From contig JAZPZM010000172.1 of NCBI GenBank assembly GCA_045544735.1, positions 1-63,157 on the forward strand: 63,157 bases of DNA, written 5' to 3'. Every line of letters begins with the position of its first letter. The first letter of the stretch is position 1. Positions 37,309 to 46,554 of this stretch are shown here, in pieces. This DNA comes from Eubacteriales bacterium (GTDB taxonomy: Bacteria > Bacillota > Clostridia > Oscillospirales > CAG-272). Under the pieces are notes generated by a model. It saw nothing but the letters and a program-made list of their open reading frames with translations, was not told the origin of the DNA and ran no database searches. The translations under genes and the position numbers were made by a program.

Positions 37309-38154
37309 TTATTCTTCGTCCGAATCATCGCCAAATCTTGCGGCGGCGCGGGCGGGAGCGCGTTTTAACGGGTCGTAGATAAACGCACGGCAAACGTGGT
37401 CGGCGTTAACTACGCCCTTCTTGTCGCAAAGGACGTTGTTGCCGTCGCCGTAAAGTGAGCGCGCGTACTCGCAGTACGCACAGCAACGCTCTATCTGCGC
37501 CTCTTGAGCGTTATTTTCTTCCTCGTCCTCCGTAGCCTCAAGAGCCTTTATGTGTCTGCGCTCGATCTCATCCTTGCGTATCTCTTCGGGCTTTTTGTTA
37601 GCAAGGAAGCAAAGGAAGTAAACGATGATAAAGAGCGCAAGGAGCGCAAGCGTTATAAACTCAACCCCTGACTCAGTCACAACGGGCGGCAGGGCGGAGA
37701 GGAACGGGACGCGGTGGATAGAGGCGCAAACGCCCTCTACGGCAGAGGAATCGGTGCAAGCACCGACCTCGGTAAAATATACGATTATTGCGGAGGCGGC
37801 AAGAATAAGCGTGGAAAATATAATATTTACGGTAATGCCGCTCTTTCTCATAATGCCCGCACCGCAGATGAGCACGCAAAGCTCAAGGTAGAGCATACCC
37901 GCCGTCACGGAGAGCATAAAGCCCACGAGGTCGTGCCTTACGATGCCGAGCATTTTTGCCGCCCACTCGAAAAGAAAAACGGCGCAAACCACGTATACGG
38001 CAGAGGAGACGAAAAACGTTATCAGCTTTTTTGCCCCCGATGCGCGTCTCAGGGCTACGAACACCGCAAGCGCGGCGAGCAGCGGAAATAATACGGCGCA
38101 CGCGGCGTTCCACACCGAGTACGGAAGTCCGAGGTCAGATACAGATATTCCCAT
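37309..38154 (-). CDS. Hypothetical polytopic membrane protein with acidic linker and C-terminal four-Cys tail
   Basis: ~6 hydrophobic segments, then 'EATEDEEENNAQEAQ', then 'RCCAYCEYA...VLCDKKGVVNADHVCRAFIYDPLKR'. I recognise no family. Coding-like codon usage, flanked by vanZ and ylbJ on the same strand. Confidence 0.65.
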   Translation of the reverse strand: MGISVSDLGLPYSVWNAACAVLFPLLAALAVFVALRRASGAKKLITFFVSSAVYVVCAVFLFEWAAKMLGIVRHDLVGFMLSVTAGMLYLELCVLICGAGIMRKSGITVNIIFSTLILAASAIIVYFTEVGACTDSSAVEGVCASIHRVPFLSALPPVVTESGVEFITLALLALFIIVYFLCFLANKKPEEIRKDEIERRHIKALEATEDEEENNAQEAQIERCCAYCEYARSLYGDGNNVLCDKKGVVNADHVCRAFIYDPLKRAPARAAARFGDDSDEE

Positions 38155-38228
38155 TTTTATAACAGTTCCTTTTGATAGGCTTTAGAATAACTTTATTATA
38201 CCAAATCAAGCGTATTATGTCAAGATTT

Positions 38229-39155
38229 TTAGAATATTCGGGTAAAAAACAAAACGGCGGCGGCGAGCGCGGCGGCAATGGCGCTTTGTCCGAGCTTCGC
38301 GGTAAAATAGCGGCGCAAGGGGAGCTTCAAGCCCTCGGCGGCGCATACGGAAATTACCTGCAAATGCACCGAAAGCCCCGACCACGCGCCCGCGGCGGCA
38401 CTCATTATAAAGCCGAGGCTTCGGTTTTGCACGAGCGAAGCGGACGCCGCCCCCGACGTAAGCTCGAAAAACGAATATATAAACGCCTCCGCGGTTTCCC
38501 CCATACCACCCGCGGCGAACGCGCGCGACAAGCACCCGACCACGCAGGAAAAGAAGGCGATATACGCGCATACGTTCAGGAGCGAGAGCGCCGCCGCCGT
38601 TATCGACTCGCCGATAACGGCAATGCCTATGCGTGTCTGCCGTGGGCAGTAAGGAGTGAGCTTTTCGCCGCCGCGACGGTGCAAAAGCCCCCATATCGCA
38701 CCCGCCGAAATCACGCAGATATAAAGAATTCTGCCGATTCCCGCATCGTTCCACAGCGACGCTCCGACCGCGCTTATCATAAAGGCGGAGGATGGGTAAT
38801 TGCAAAAGCACAGCACCCGCACCGCCTCGTCCTCACTCATCTCGCCGCGTCGGTAAAGCCCCGCCGCCGTCGACGCGCCGACGGGAAAGCCGCATACCGC
38901 GCCGAGAAGTATCGCAACGGCTCCCGCGCCCGACGTGCCCAACAGCGCGCGCATCGGTGCTTCAAGCCGCTTGCCGACTATCGCGCCGCACCCCGAACGA
39001 ACCATAAGCTCCGAAACCGCCATAAACGGAAAAAGCGTCGGTATTACCGATGAGGTGCAGATGCGCAGTCCCCGACTCATATATTCTATGGCAAGTTCGG
39101 GCATCGAGGTAAGGATTATTATAAATCCCACGCCGAGAACGCAAAAAGCCCCCAC
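38229..39155 (-). CDS. ylbJ: Sporulation integral membrane protein YlbJ (nucleoside-recognition/gate domain)
   Basis: 'VIPTLFPFMAVSELM', 'LLGTSGAGAVAILLGAVCGFPVGA' and 'CNYPSSAFMISAVG' fit the YlbJ family. GTG start. At 308 aa it is shorter than B. subtilis YlbJ. Confidence 0.8.
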   Translation of the reverse strand: MGAFCVLGVGFIIILTSMPELAIEYMSRGLRICTSSVIPTLFPFMAVSELMVRSGCGAIVGKRLEAPMRALLGTSGAGAVAILLGAVCGFPVGASTAAGLYRRGEMSEDEAVRVLCFCNYPSSAFMISAVGASLWNDAGIGRILYICVISAGAIWGLLHRRGGEKLTPYCPRQTRIGIAVIGESITAAALSLLNVCAYIAFFSCVVGCLSRAFAAGGMGETAEAFIYSFFELTSGAASASLVQNRSLGFIMSAAAGAWSGLSVHLQVISVCAAEGLKLPLRRYFTAKLGQSAIAAALAAAVLFFTRIF

Positions 39156-39247
39156 CTGCCAACTTATCTTACGCCTTGAAAATGTAATCTCCGCCGCCTC
39201 CTCTGCATAAAATCAAACAGTAAAATATATTCTTTGGGGGAGGAAAA

Positions 39248-39562
39248 ATGAACGATAAACCGAAAAACAAAGAAAGCATAGGCGAGCGATTTTGCCGCCG
39301 CCTTGACCTGCCCGCCGATATCGCGTCGGGCGGACTTACGCTTGAGCTTCGCGGCAGGAGCAATCTTTTGCTTTGCGGCTGTCGCGAGATACTTGCCTAT
39401 TCGCCCGAACGCATACGCCTGCGCCTTTCGCGCGGACAAATTGAAATATGGGGCAGAAGCCTTGTAATGACCGCGTATTACGAGGGGCAAACGGGCATTG
39501 ACGGCGAGATATACGGCATAAATCTCTGCCCCGACGGCGAGGAGAATAATGAACGTAAATGA
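39248..39562 (+). CDS. yqfC: Sporulation protein YqfC (YabP family)
   Basis: 'LDLPADIASGGLTLELRGRSNLLLCGCREILAYSPERIRL...IEIWGRSLVM' is the YabP/YqfC fold. It precedes yqfD, as in Bacillus. Confidence 0.85.
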   Translation: MNDKPKNKESIGERFCRRLDLPADIASGGLTLELRGRSNLLLCGCREILAYSPERIRLRLSRGQIEIWGRSLVMTAYYEGQTGIDGEIYGINLCPDGEENNERK

Positions 39563-40745
39563 ATTTTTAACGGGCAAGTGCAAAATAGAAGTCTCATCGG
39601 AGCATACCCTTGCCGTGATGAATATCCTGCTCGCCACGCGCACCGTATACAGACGGCTGTGCGTAAACGACGACCATCTTTGCTTTGAAGCCTCGCACGC
39701 CGCGGCGAAAAAGCTTTCGGAGCTGTGCGGAGCAGAGGGGATAGAGCTTCGCGTGATTTCCGTTTGCGGTCTGCCGCATTTGTGGCGGAGATACAAATAT
39801 CGCTTTGGTCTGTGGCTTGGACTCATACTTGCCGTAGGTGTTTTGGCGTGTGGGAGCGGCGTGCTTTGGCAGGTCAGGGTAGAGGGCAACGAGGAGATGA
39901 GCGACGGCGAGGTATGCGCCCTGCTTTCCGAATACGGCGTGCGCGTGGGCGCGGATATTTCGGAAATAGACCTCGATACCGTGCGTGCGCTTATCGAAAG
40001 GGACAGCGACAAGGTCGCGTGGCTTGCAATAAACGTGCGCGGCACGGTCGCGGAGGTTCAGGTGCGCGAGGAGCGCGCACCCGACGCGACAGAGGCGGCA
40101 GAGGGTGACGGAGTCAACCTCGTAGCCGACAGAGACGCGCTCATAATCGGCTACGAGCTTACGGCGGGCGAGATGATAGCGCCCGTCGGAAGCACGGTAA
40201 GGGCGGGCGAGCTGCTCGTCAGCGGACTTATCGAAAGCCGCCGCTTCGGCTGGCGTGCGGTGAGAGCCGAGGGGCGAGTCTGGGCGCAAACGCAAAGGAG
40301 CTATACCGTAAATATTCCGTACGAATACACGGTCAGCACGCCCGTGGAGCGCGAGATACTTGAAATTTCGCTGATTTTTTTCTCAAAAGAGAAAAAACTT
40401 TTCAAAAATAGTGGAAATTATATTGATGATTGTGATAAAATAAAATCGGTTAGTTATGTGTACTCGTCAGACGAGCATACCGTCCCCGTCGGCATATCCA
40501 CCGTAAGCCGCCTCGTTACTACGGAAACAACGGCGGTGAGGAGCGTAGCAGAGGCGCGCGAGGCGGCGTATTTTGAGCTGGGAAGGCTCATTTCCGCCGA
40601 GGGAGACGGAGTGAGGATAGTACACAAAAATATCAAGGAGATCGAGGGCGAGGTGGCGTTTACGCTTGAATGCACCCTCGTTTGTACGGAGGATATCGCG
40701 CGTCCCGTTGCGTTTTATATGCAGGACGCGGATGAGAAAGGATAA
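39549..40745 (+). CDS. yqfD: Sporulation protein YqfD
   Basis: 398 aa with a central TM ('LGLILAVGVLACGSGVLW') followed by 'VRVEGNEEMSDGEV...LSEYGVRVG', which is the typical YqfD arrangement. Overlaps the yqfC end. Confidence 0.85.
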   Translation: MNVNEFLTGKCKIEVSSEHTLAVMNILLATRTVYRRLCVNDDHLCFEASHAAAKKLSELCGAEGIELRVISVCGLPHLWRRYKYRFGLWLGLILAVGVLACGSGVLWQVRVEGNEEMSDGEVCALLSEYGVRVGADISEIDLDTVRALIERDSDKVAWLAINVRGTVAEVQVREERAPDATEAAEGDGVNLVADRDALIIGYELTAGEMIAPVGSTVRAGELLVSGLIESRRFGWRAVRAEGRVWAQTQRSYTVNIPYEYTVSTPVEREILEISLIFFSKEKKLFKNSGNYIDDCDKIKSVSYVYSSDEHTVPVGISTVSRLVTTETTAVRSVAEAREAAYFELGRLISAEGDGVRIVHKNIKEIEGEVAFTLECTLVCTEDIARPVAFYMQDADEKG

Positions 40746-40747
40746 AA

Positions 40748-41785
40748 ATGGAACAAAGGATAGTAAGGATAGGTGAGCCGAGCGTTACCGCAAAGATATT
40801 CGGCACGGCTGATATGAACGTAAAGCTCATCGAGGATGCGTTCAAGGTCACGGTATACAATAGGTCGTCGGGCGTTGACGGCGAGGACGCTCTGCTCGTC
40901 AGCGGCGAGTCGGAGGACGGTGTCGGCGCGGCGGCGCGCGCCATTTCCTGCCTTGCGCGAATGGCGGCAAGGAGTGACGTGCTTGGCGAGCAGACGGTGA
41001 TATACGTCATAAATATGGTAAGGGACGGCAGAGAGGGCGAGCTTGATGCGTTTGATGAAAACTGCATCTGCCTGACGAGCCGCGGCAAGCCGATAAAGCC
41101 GAAGACCATAGGTCAGCGACAGTACGTTGACGCGATAAAGAAAAATACGATAATTCTCGGCACGGGCCCTGCGGGAACGGGCAAGACCTTCCTTGCCGTC
41201 GCAATGGCGGTAAAGGCACTTCGCGACAAGCAGGTCAACCGCATAATCCTTACGCGCCCCGCAATCGAGGCGGGCGAAAAGCTCGGATATCTCCCTGGGG
41301 ATCTGCAAAGCAAGATAGACCCCTATCTGCGCCCGCTTTACGACGCGCTTTTTGAGATGATGGGGGCGGAGAACTATCAGCGCAATCTTGAAAAGCAGAT
41401 AGTTGAGGTCGCGCCGCTTGCGTATATGCGCGGACGAACGCTTGACGATGCGTTTATCATTCTTGACGAGGCGCAAAACGCCACCTTCGAGCAGATGAAG
41501 ATGTTCTTGACGCGCCTCGGCAATAACTCAAAGGCGGTCGTAACGGGCGACCTTACGCAGACCGACCTGCCGCGCGGACAAAAAAGCGGACTTTGGTCGG
41601 CGGTAAAGATACTTGAAGGTATCGAGGGCATAGCTATACACAATTTCACCGACCGCGACGTAGTGCGCCACAAGCTCGTGCAAAAAATAATTCTCGCATA
41701 CGATAAATTTGAGCGCGAGGCGGCGAAAAAGGACAACGAAAGGGGCAAGGCAAAATACCGCCGCCCCGATAAAGCTAAGGAGTAA
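40748..41785 (+). CDS. phoH: PhoH-like ATPase
   Basis: 'GPAGTGKTFLAVA', 'RIILTRPAIEAGEKLGYLPGD' and 'FIILDEAQN'. Confidence 0.95.
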   Translation: MEQRIVRIGEPSVTAKIFGTADMNVKLIEDAFKVTVYNRSSGVDGEDALLVSGESEDGVGAAARAISCLARMAARSDVLGEQTVIYVINMVRDGREGELDAFDENCICLTSRGKPIKPKTIGQRQYVDAIKKNTIILGTGPAGTGKTFLAVAMAVKALRDKQVNRIILTRPAIEAGEKLGYLPGDLQSKIDPYLRPLYDALFEMMGAENYQRNLEKQIVEVAPLAYMRGRTLDDAFIILDEAQNATFEQMKMFLTRLGNNSKAVVTGDLTQTDLPRGQKSGLWSAVKILEGIEGIAIHNFTDRDVVRHKLVQKIILAYDKFEREAAKKDNERGKAKYRRPDKAKE

Positions 41786-41787
41786 AA

Positions 41788-42264
41788 ATGGAACTGTTTA
41801 TGGAATCCCATAACTCACAGCGCAAGGAGGCGGTGAGCGCGGAGCTACTTTCGCTTATTCGCCGCGCAGTCAGCGAAACGCTTGATTACGAGGGCTACGA
41901 CGATGATTTTGCGGTGTCCGTTACTCTCGTTTCAAACAACGGCATCCGCCGCTATAACCGCGAGTACCGCGGTATCGACCGTCCCACCGACGTGCTTTCG
42001 TTTCCGATGGCGGACGGCGACCTCTCCGACGCATTTGACGGCGAGAAATATCAGCTTGGCGACATCGTCCTCTCGCTTGAGAAGGCAAGGGAGCAGTCCG
42101 AGCTTTACGGACACAGCTTTGAGCGCGAGGTAGCATTCCTCACGGTGCATTCCACGCTCCACCTGCTCGGTTACGACCACGAAACGGGCGAGGAGGACGA
42201 GCAGGATATGCGCCGCCGTCAGCGCGATATAATGAAGAAAATGCAGCTTGAAGTAAAGGAATAA
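41788..42264 (+). CDS. ybeY: rRNA maturation endoribonuclease YbeY
   Basis: Zinc motif 'HSTLHLLGYDH' and 'PTDVLSFP'. Confidence 0.95.
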   Translation: MELFMESHNSQRKEAVSAELLSLIRRAVSETLDYEGYDDDFAVSVTLVSNNGIRRYNREYRGIDRPTDVLSFPMADGDLSDAFDGEKYQLGDIVLSLEKAREQSELYGHSFEREVAFLTVHSTLHLLGYDHETGEEDEQDMRRRQRDIMKKMQLEVKE

Positions 42265-42267
42265 TAA

Positions 42268-43164
42268 ATGAAAAGGACAGCTTTTATATCTATCGTAGGC
42301 AGACCTAACGTTGGGAAATCCACGCTTATGAACCGCATCCTCGGTGAAAAGGTGGCGATAGTTTCCAATAAGCCGCAGACCACCCGTAACTGCATCAGGG
42401 GCATACTTACCGAGGGCGAGGATCAGTTCGTTTTCTTTGACACCCCAGGCATCCACCGCCCGCAGAACCGCCTTGGCGATTATATGGCAAACGCCGCCAC
42501 GGCAGGTATGCAGCAGGGCGACGTGGTGCTTCTCGTCGTTGACGCGGGCAGGAGCGTTTCAAACGTTGAAAAGGAGGTTGTTGAATATCTTAAAAAGAGC
42601 GGCACGCCCTGCGTGCTGGTGCTTAACAAGATAGACACCTACCGCCGCGAGATAATAGCCGAGACTATTGCCGCATACGCCGCAATACACGATTTCGACG
42701 CGGTAGTGCCGATCTCGGCAAAATCGGGCAATCACGTTGACGAGGTGATGGACGAGCTTTCAAAATTCCTTCGTGAGTCAGATTGGTTCTTCCCCGAGGA
42801 CGCGGTTACCGACCAGCCTATGCGCCAGTACGCGTCCGAGATAATCCGCGAAAAGCTCCTTCGCGCGCTTGACCGCGAAGTTCCGCACGGAATTGCCGTG
42901 GTCATCGAGGAATACACCGAGGAGGGCGGACTTACGCGCATACGCGCCGAGATAATGTGCGAGAGGGCGTCACACAAGCGCATAATCATAGGCAAGGGCG
43001 GCGAGATACTTAAAAAAGTCGGCTCGTATTCAAGACAAGAGCTTGAAAAGGTCACGGGAACGAAGATATATCTTGACCTTTGGGTAAAGGTCAAGGAGAA
43101 TTGGCGCGACAGCGCGGGACTCGTCAGCAATTTCGGCTACAACAAAAAGGATATCAACGAGTAA
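42268..43164 (+). CDS. era: GTPase Era
   Basis: G1 'GRPNVGKSTL', G3 'DTPG', G4 'NKID' and the C-terminal KH domain 'IIIGKGGEILKKVG'. Confidence 0.97.
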   Translation: MKRTAFISIVGRPNVGKSTLMNRILGEKVAIVSNKPQTTRNCIRGILTEGEDQFVFFDTPGIHRPQNRLGDYMANAATAGMQQGDVVLLVVDAGRSVSNVEKEVVEYLKKSGTPCVLVLNKIDTYRREIIAETIAAYAAIHDFDAVVPISAKSGNHVDEVMDELSKFLRESDWFFPEDAVTDQPMRQYASEIIREKLLRALDREVPHGIAVVIEEYTEEGGLTRIRAEIMCERASHKRIIIGKGGEILKKVGSYSRQELEKVTGTKIYLDLWVKVKENWRDSAGLVSNFGYNKKDINE

Positions 43165-43185
43165 ATTTTTGAAAGGAGTGAGTAT

Positions 43186-44055
43186 ATGGCAGTTCGGGAT
43201 ATCAGCGTGGATGCCCTCGTTATACGGGAGCTTCCGCACGGCGACCACGATAAGATACTCACTCTGCTTACTGCCGAGCACGGCAGAATAAGCGTTATTG
43301 CCAAGGGCGCGCGCTCGGTGCGAAGCCGCATTCTTGCGCCCACGCGGGCGTTTGCGTATTCGAATTTCGAGCTTCACCGCAAGGGCGATTTTATGTGGGT
43401 GCGCGACGCATCCGTTATCGAGGCGTTTTCTGCGCTTGAAAGGGATATTGAAACGCTTTATATTTCGCAATATATCGCGGATATTTGCTATGAGCTGAGC
43501 GGCGAAAACGTCCCCGCCGAGAGTGTTCTGCGCCTTGCGCTCAACTCCTTTTTTGCCCTCAACAGCGGACGCTACGAGCTGAAAAAGGTCAAGGCGGCGT
43601 TTGAGCTTCGCGCGGCGGCAGAGGCGGGGTACTTGCCCGAGCTTTCCGTTTGCGCAAGTTGCGGCGCGACGAGTGCGGATGCCGTGTATCTTGACGTAAT
43701 GAACGGCTCGCTTAAATGCTCCGAGTGCATAGCCAAGGGCGGCGGCGCGGTGGCGGACGGCGAGATGATAGCCGATGCATTCGGCACTCGGCGCATACTT
43801 TTGCCGCTTCCGTCGGGTGCGCTTGCCGCTATGCGCTACATAGCCGAAGCACCGCTCAAGCGCTTGCTTGCGTTTGATATAAGCGGTGGCGCGGCAGAGG
43901 CGCTTTTCGACGCTTGCGAGAGCTATATATTAAACCACCTTGAGCGCGGCTTTTCCTCGCTCAATCAGTATCACGAGCTTGAAAGGCTCGCTAAAAAATT
44001 AAAAACAGGTCAGAAAAATGATGTATCTACCCGAAAAAACGATAGCAACACTTGA
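43186..44055 (+). CDS. recO: DNA repair protein RecO
   Basis: OB-fold N-terminus ('ALVIRELPHGDHDKILTLLTAEHGRISVIAKGAR') and zinc module 'CASCG...CSEC'. The tail overlaps the mutS2 start by 38 nt. Confidence 0.9.
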   Translation: MAVRDISVDALVIRELPHGDHDKILTLLTAEHGRISVIAKGARSVRSRILAPTRAFAYSNFELHRKGDFMWVRDASVIEAFSALERDIETLYISQYIADICYELSGENVPAESVLRLALNSFFALNSGRYELKKVKAAFELRAAAEAGYLPELSVCASCGATSADAVYLDVMNGSLKCSECIAKGGGAVADGEMIADAFGTRRILLPLPSGALAAMRYIAEAPLKRLLAFDISGGAAEALFDACESYILNHLERGFSSLNQYHELERLAKKLKTGQKNDVSTRKNDSNT

Positions 44056-46414
44056 ATTTGATAAAATAAGACAAATGCTCGCAGATCTTGCGCGTACCGA
44101 GGGTGCGAGGGCGGCGGCGCTTTCGCTTATGCCCGAGTCCGACCCCGTGCGAGTTCTGCACCTTCAGCGCCGCACCACCGACGCAAAGCGTCTCGCCTCG
44201 GATAAGGGCGCACCGCCATTTGGCTCGGTCAAGGGGATAGGCGAGCATTGTGACAGAGCAAAAAAAGGCGCGGCGCTTACACCGCGCGAGCTTCTTGACG
44301 TGGCAAACGTCCTGCGCACCTGCCGCAGTCTGCTTGATTACAGCCGCGTTAACCGCACCTACGAAACGGTGCTTGACGAGGTGTTTGAACGACTTTTGCC
44401 CGACCGAAAGCTTGAGGATAAGATACTTCGCGCGATAATCTCCGAGGACCTCGTTGCCGACGATGCAAGCCCTGCGCTTGGCGACGTGCGCCGCAAGATA
44501 CGCGCGACCGCCGCAAAGATAAAGGACCTTCTTGCAAAATACACGGGCGGCGCGTATTCAAAATATCTGCAGGAAAACATCGTCACCATACGAAACGGCA
44601 GGTACGTTATCCCCGTGCGAGCCGAGTGCCGCAACGAGATAAAGGGTCTCGTTCACGATACCTCCTCGTCGGGCGCGACTATTTTCGTCGAGCCGATGGC
44701 GGTGGTCGATGCGAACAACGCTCTGCGCGAGCTTGAAGCAAAGGAAGCCCACGAGATAGAAAAGATACTCTACGAGCTTTCCTCCGACGTTGCGAGGATT
44801 TCGGAAAGCTTGCTCTACAACGCTGATAATATCGACGAGCTTGCGTTCGTTTTCGCGTGCGCCGCGCTCTCCGAAAAAATGGACGGCGCGCAACCCGCTA
44901 TTTCCTTTGACGAGCGAGTAATTGATCTGCGCCGTGCGCGACATCCGCTCATCCCGAAGGAAAAGGTCGTTCCCGTCAGCGTTCACCTCGGTGACGGCTT
45001 TGATACGCTCGTCATCACGGGTCCCAATACGGGCGGAAAGACGGTAACGCTCAAAACGCTCGGACTTTTCACCATTATGGCTCAATCGGGACTTCACATT
45101 CCCGCCGACGAAAGCTCCACCGTGGGCGTTTTCGGCAGAGTTCTCGTTGACCTCGGTGACGAGCAGAGCATCGAGCAATCGCTCTCCACCTTCTCGTCAC
45201 ATATGGTAAATATCGTGTCGATAGTAAACGACCTTTCCGCCGACGCGCTCGTGCTTTTCGACGAGCTTGGCGTGGGCACTGACCCCATCGAGGGTGCGGC
45301 GCTTGCTATCGCCATAATCAGCGAGGTCAGAGGTGCGGGCGCGCTTTGCGCCGCGACCACACACTACGCCGAGCTTAAATCCTACGCGCTTAATACCAAG
45401 GGCGTTACGAATGCGTCCTGCGAGTTCAACGTGGAAACGCTTCGCCCGACGTATAAGCTGACCATAGGCACACCCGGTAGGTCAAACGCCTTTGCAATAT
45501 CCAAGCGACTCGGCTTGCCCGAACATATTATCGACCGCGCGAGCGACGTAGTAAGCTCCGACGACAGACGCTTTGAGGACGTTATAGACAAGCTTGAGGC
45601 GGCGCGTGTCGAGATGGAGGCGAAGCGTGCCGAGGCAGAGGAGCTTCGCGCCGAGTGCGAACGATTTAAGCGCGAAACTGAGGCGAAGATGCGCCGCAAT
45701 CTTGCGGAGTCCGAGCGTCAGCTTGAGGCGGCAACGAAGAAGGCGGCAACGATGATAGAGGGCGCGAAGATATCAAGCGAATTCGTGCTTTCACAGCTTG
45801 AAAAGGCGAAAAAGGCAAAGGACACCGACCGTCTTGCCGAGGAGCTTGCCGACACGCGCCGCCGCATACGCGAGCATATGAAGGAAAACGAGGATAAATT
45901 CAATCCCGTGGACGAGGGGCTCGACGAGGAATATACCCCCTCTCGCCCGTTCCGCAAGGGCGACGCGGTCTATCTTATGAACGTAAAGCAGGAGGGCGTT
46001 CTCCTTGCCGACCCCGACCGTTCGGGCAACGTAAGCGTTCAGACGGGCAGTATCCGCACAAAGACCAAGATAAAAAATCTCAAGCTGATGGACGATATCG
46101 TCACCGTTACGAATTCGCAGGGAGAAAAGCGTCCCGTAGCGGAGTTCAGAAAGACCGTGGTAAGCCGTAGTTGCTCCGACGAGATAGACCTGCGCGGTAT
46201 GACGGGCGACGAGGCGTGGCTTGCCGTCGACAAATATCTTGACGAGGTAATGCTTGCGGGGCTTCACACCGTCCGCCTCATTCACGGCAAGGGAACGGGC
46301 GCTCTCAAGGCGGCGCTCTGGCGAATGCTCAAGGGCGACGGACGCATTTCCTCGTACCGCATCGGACAGTACGGCGAGGGCGACGGCGGCGTTACCGTGG
46401 TTGAACTAAAATAA
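44018..46414 (+). CDS. mutS2: Endonuclease MutS2 (MutS domain plus Smr)
   Basis: 'ITGPNTGGKT', 'LFDELGVGTDP' and the C-terminal Smr 'IDLRGMTGDEAW...VRLIHGKGTGALK'. Confidence 0.95.
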   Translation: MMYLPEKTIATLEFDKIRQMLADLARTEGARAAALSLMPESDPVRVLHLQRRTTDAKRLASDKGAPPFGSVKGIGEHCDRAKKGAALTPRELLDVANVLRTCRSLLDYSRVNRTYETVLDEVFERLLPDRKLEDKILRAIISEDLVADDASPALGDVRRKIRATAAKIKDLLAKYTGGAYSKYLQENIVTIRNGRYVIPVRAECRNEIKGLVHDTSSSGATIFVEPMAVVDANNALRELEAKEAHEIEKILYELSSDVARISESLLYNADNIDELAFVFACAALSEKMDGAQPAISFDERVIDLRRARHPLIPKEKVVPVSVHLGDGFDTLVITGPNTGGKTVTLKTLGLFTIMAQSGLHIPADESSTVGVFGRVLVDLGDEQSIEQSLSTFSSHMVNIVSIVNDLSADALVLFDELGVGTDPIEGAALAIAIISEVRGAGALCAATTHYAELKSYALNTKGVTNASCEFNVETLRPTYKLTIGTPGRSNAFAISKRLGLPEHIIDRASDVVSSDDRRFEDVIDKLEAARVEMEAKRAEAEELRAECERFKRETEAKMRRNLAESERQLEAATKKAATMIEGAKISSEFVLSQLEKAKKAKDTDRLAEELADTRRRIREHMKENEDKFNPVDEGLDEEYTPSRPFRKGDAVYLMNVKQEGVLLADPDRSGNVSVQTGSIRTKTKIKNLKLMDDIVTVTNSQGEKRPVAEFRKTVVSRSCSDEIDLRGMTGDEAWLAVDKYLDEVMLAGLHTVRLIHGKGTGALKAALWRMLKGDGRISSYRIGQYGEGDGGVTVVELK

Positions 46415-46495
46415 TAAAAATTTGGTAATAATGCCATATTTATTTAGGTGTTTTTACAAAAAAGCAAAGCCGCTGAAAATATTCTGAAAAAACGT

Positions 46496-46524
46496 TTGCA
46501 TATATTGAGTTTTTGTGTTATAAT
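46496..46524 (+). promoter_or_regulatory. Promoter of prs
   Basis: TTGCAT (46496-46501), a 17-nt spacer with TGT, TATAAT (46519-46524). Confidence 0.65.
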
Positions 46525-46554
46525 GTGTCTATAAATGTTTTCTTGGGGGATAGT

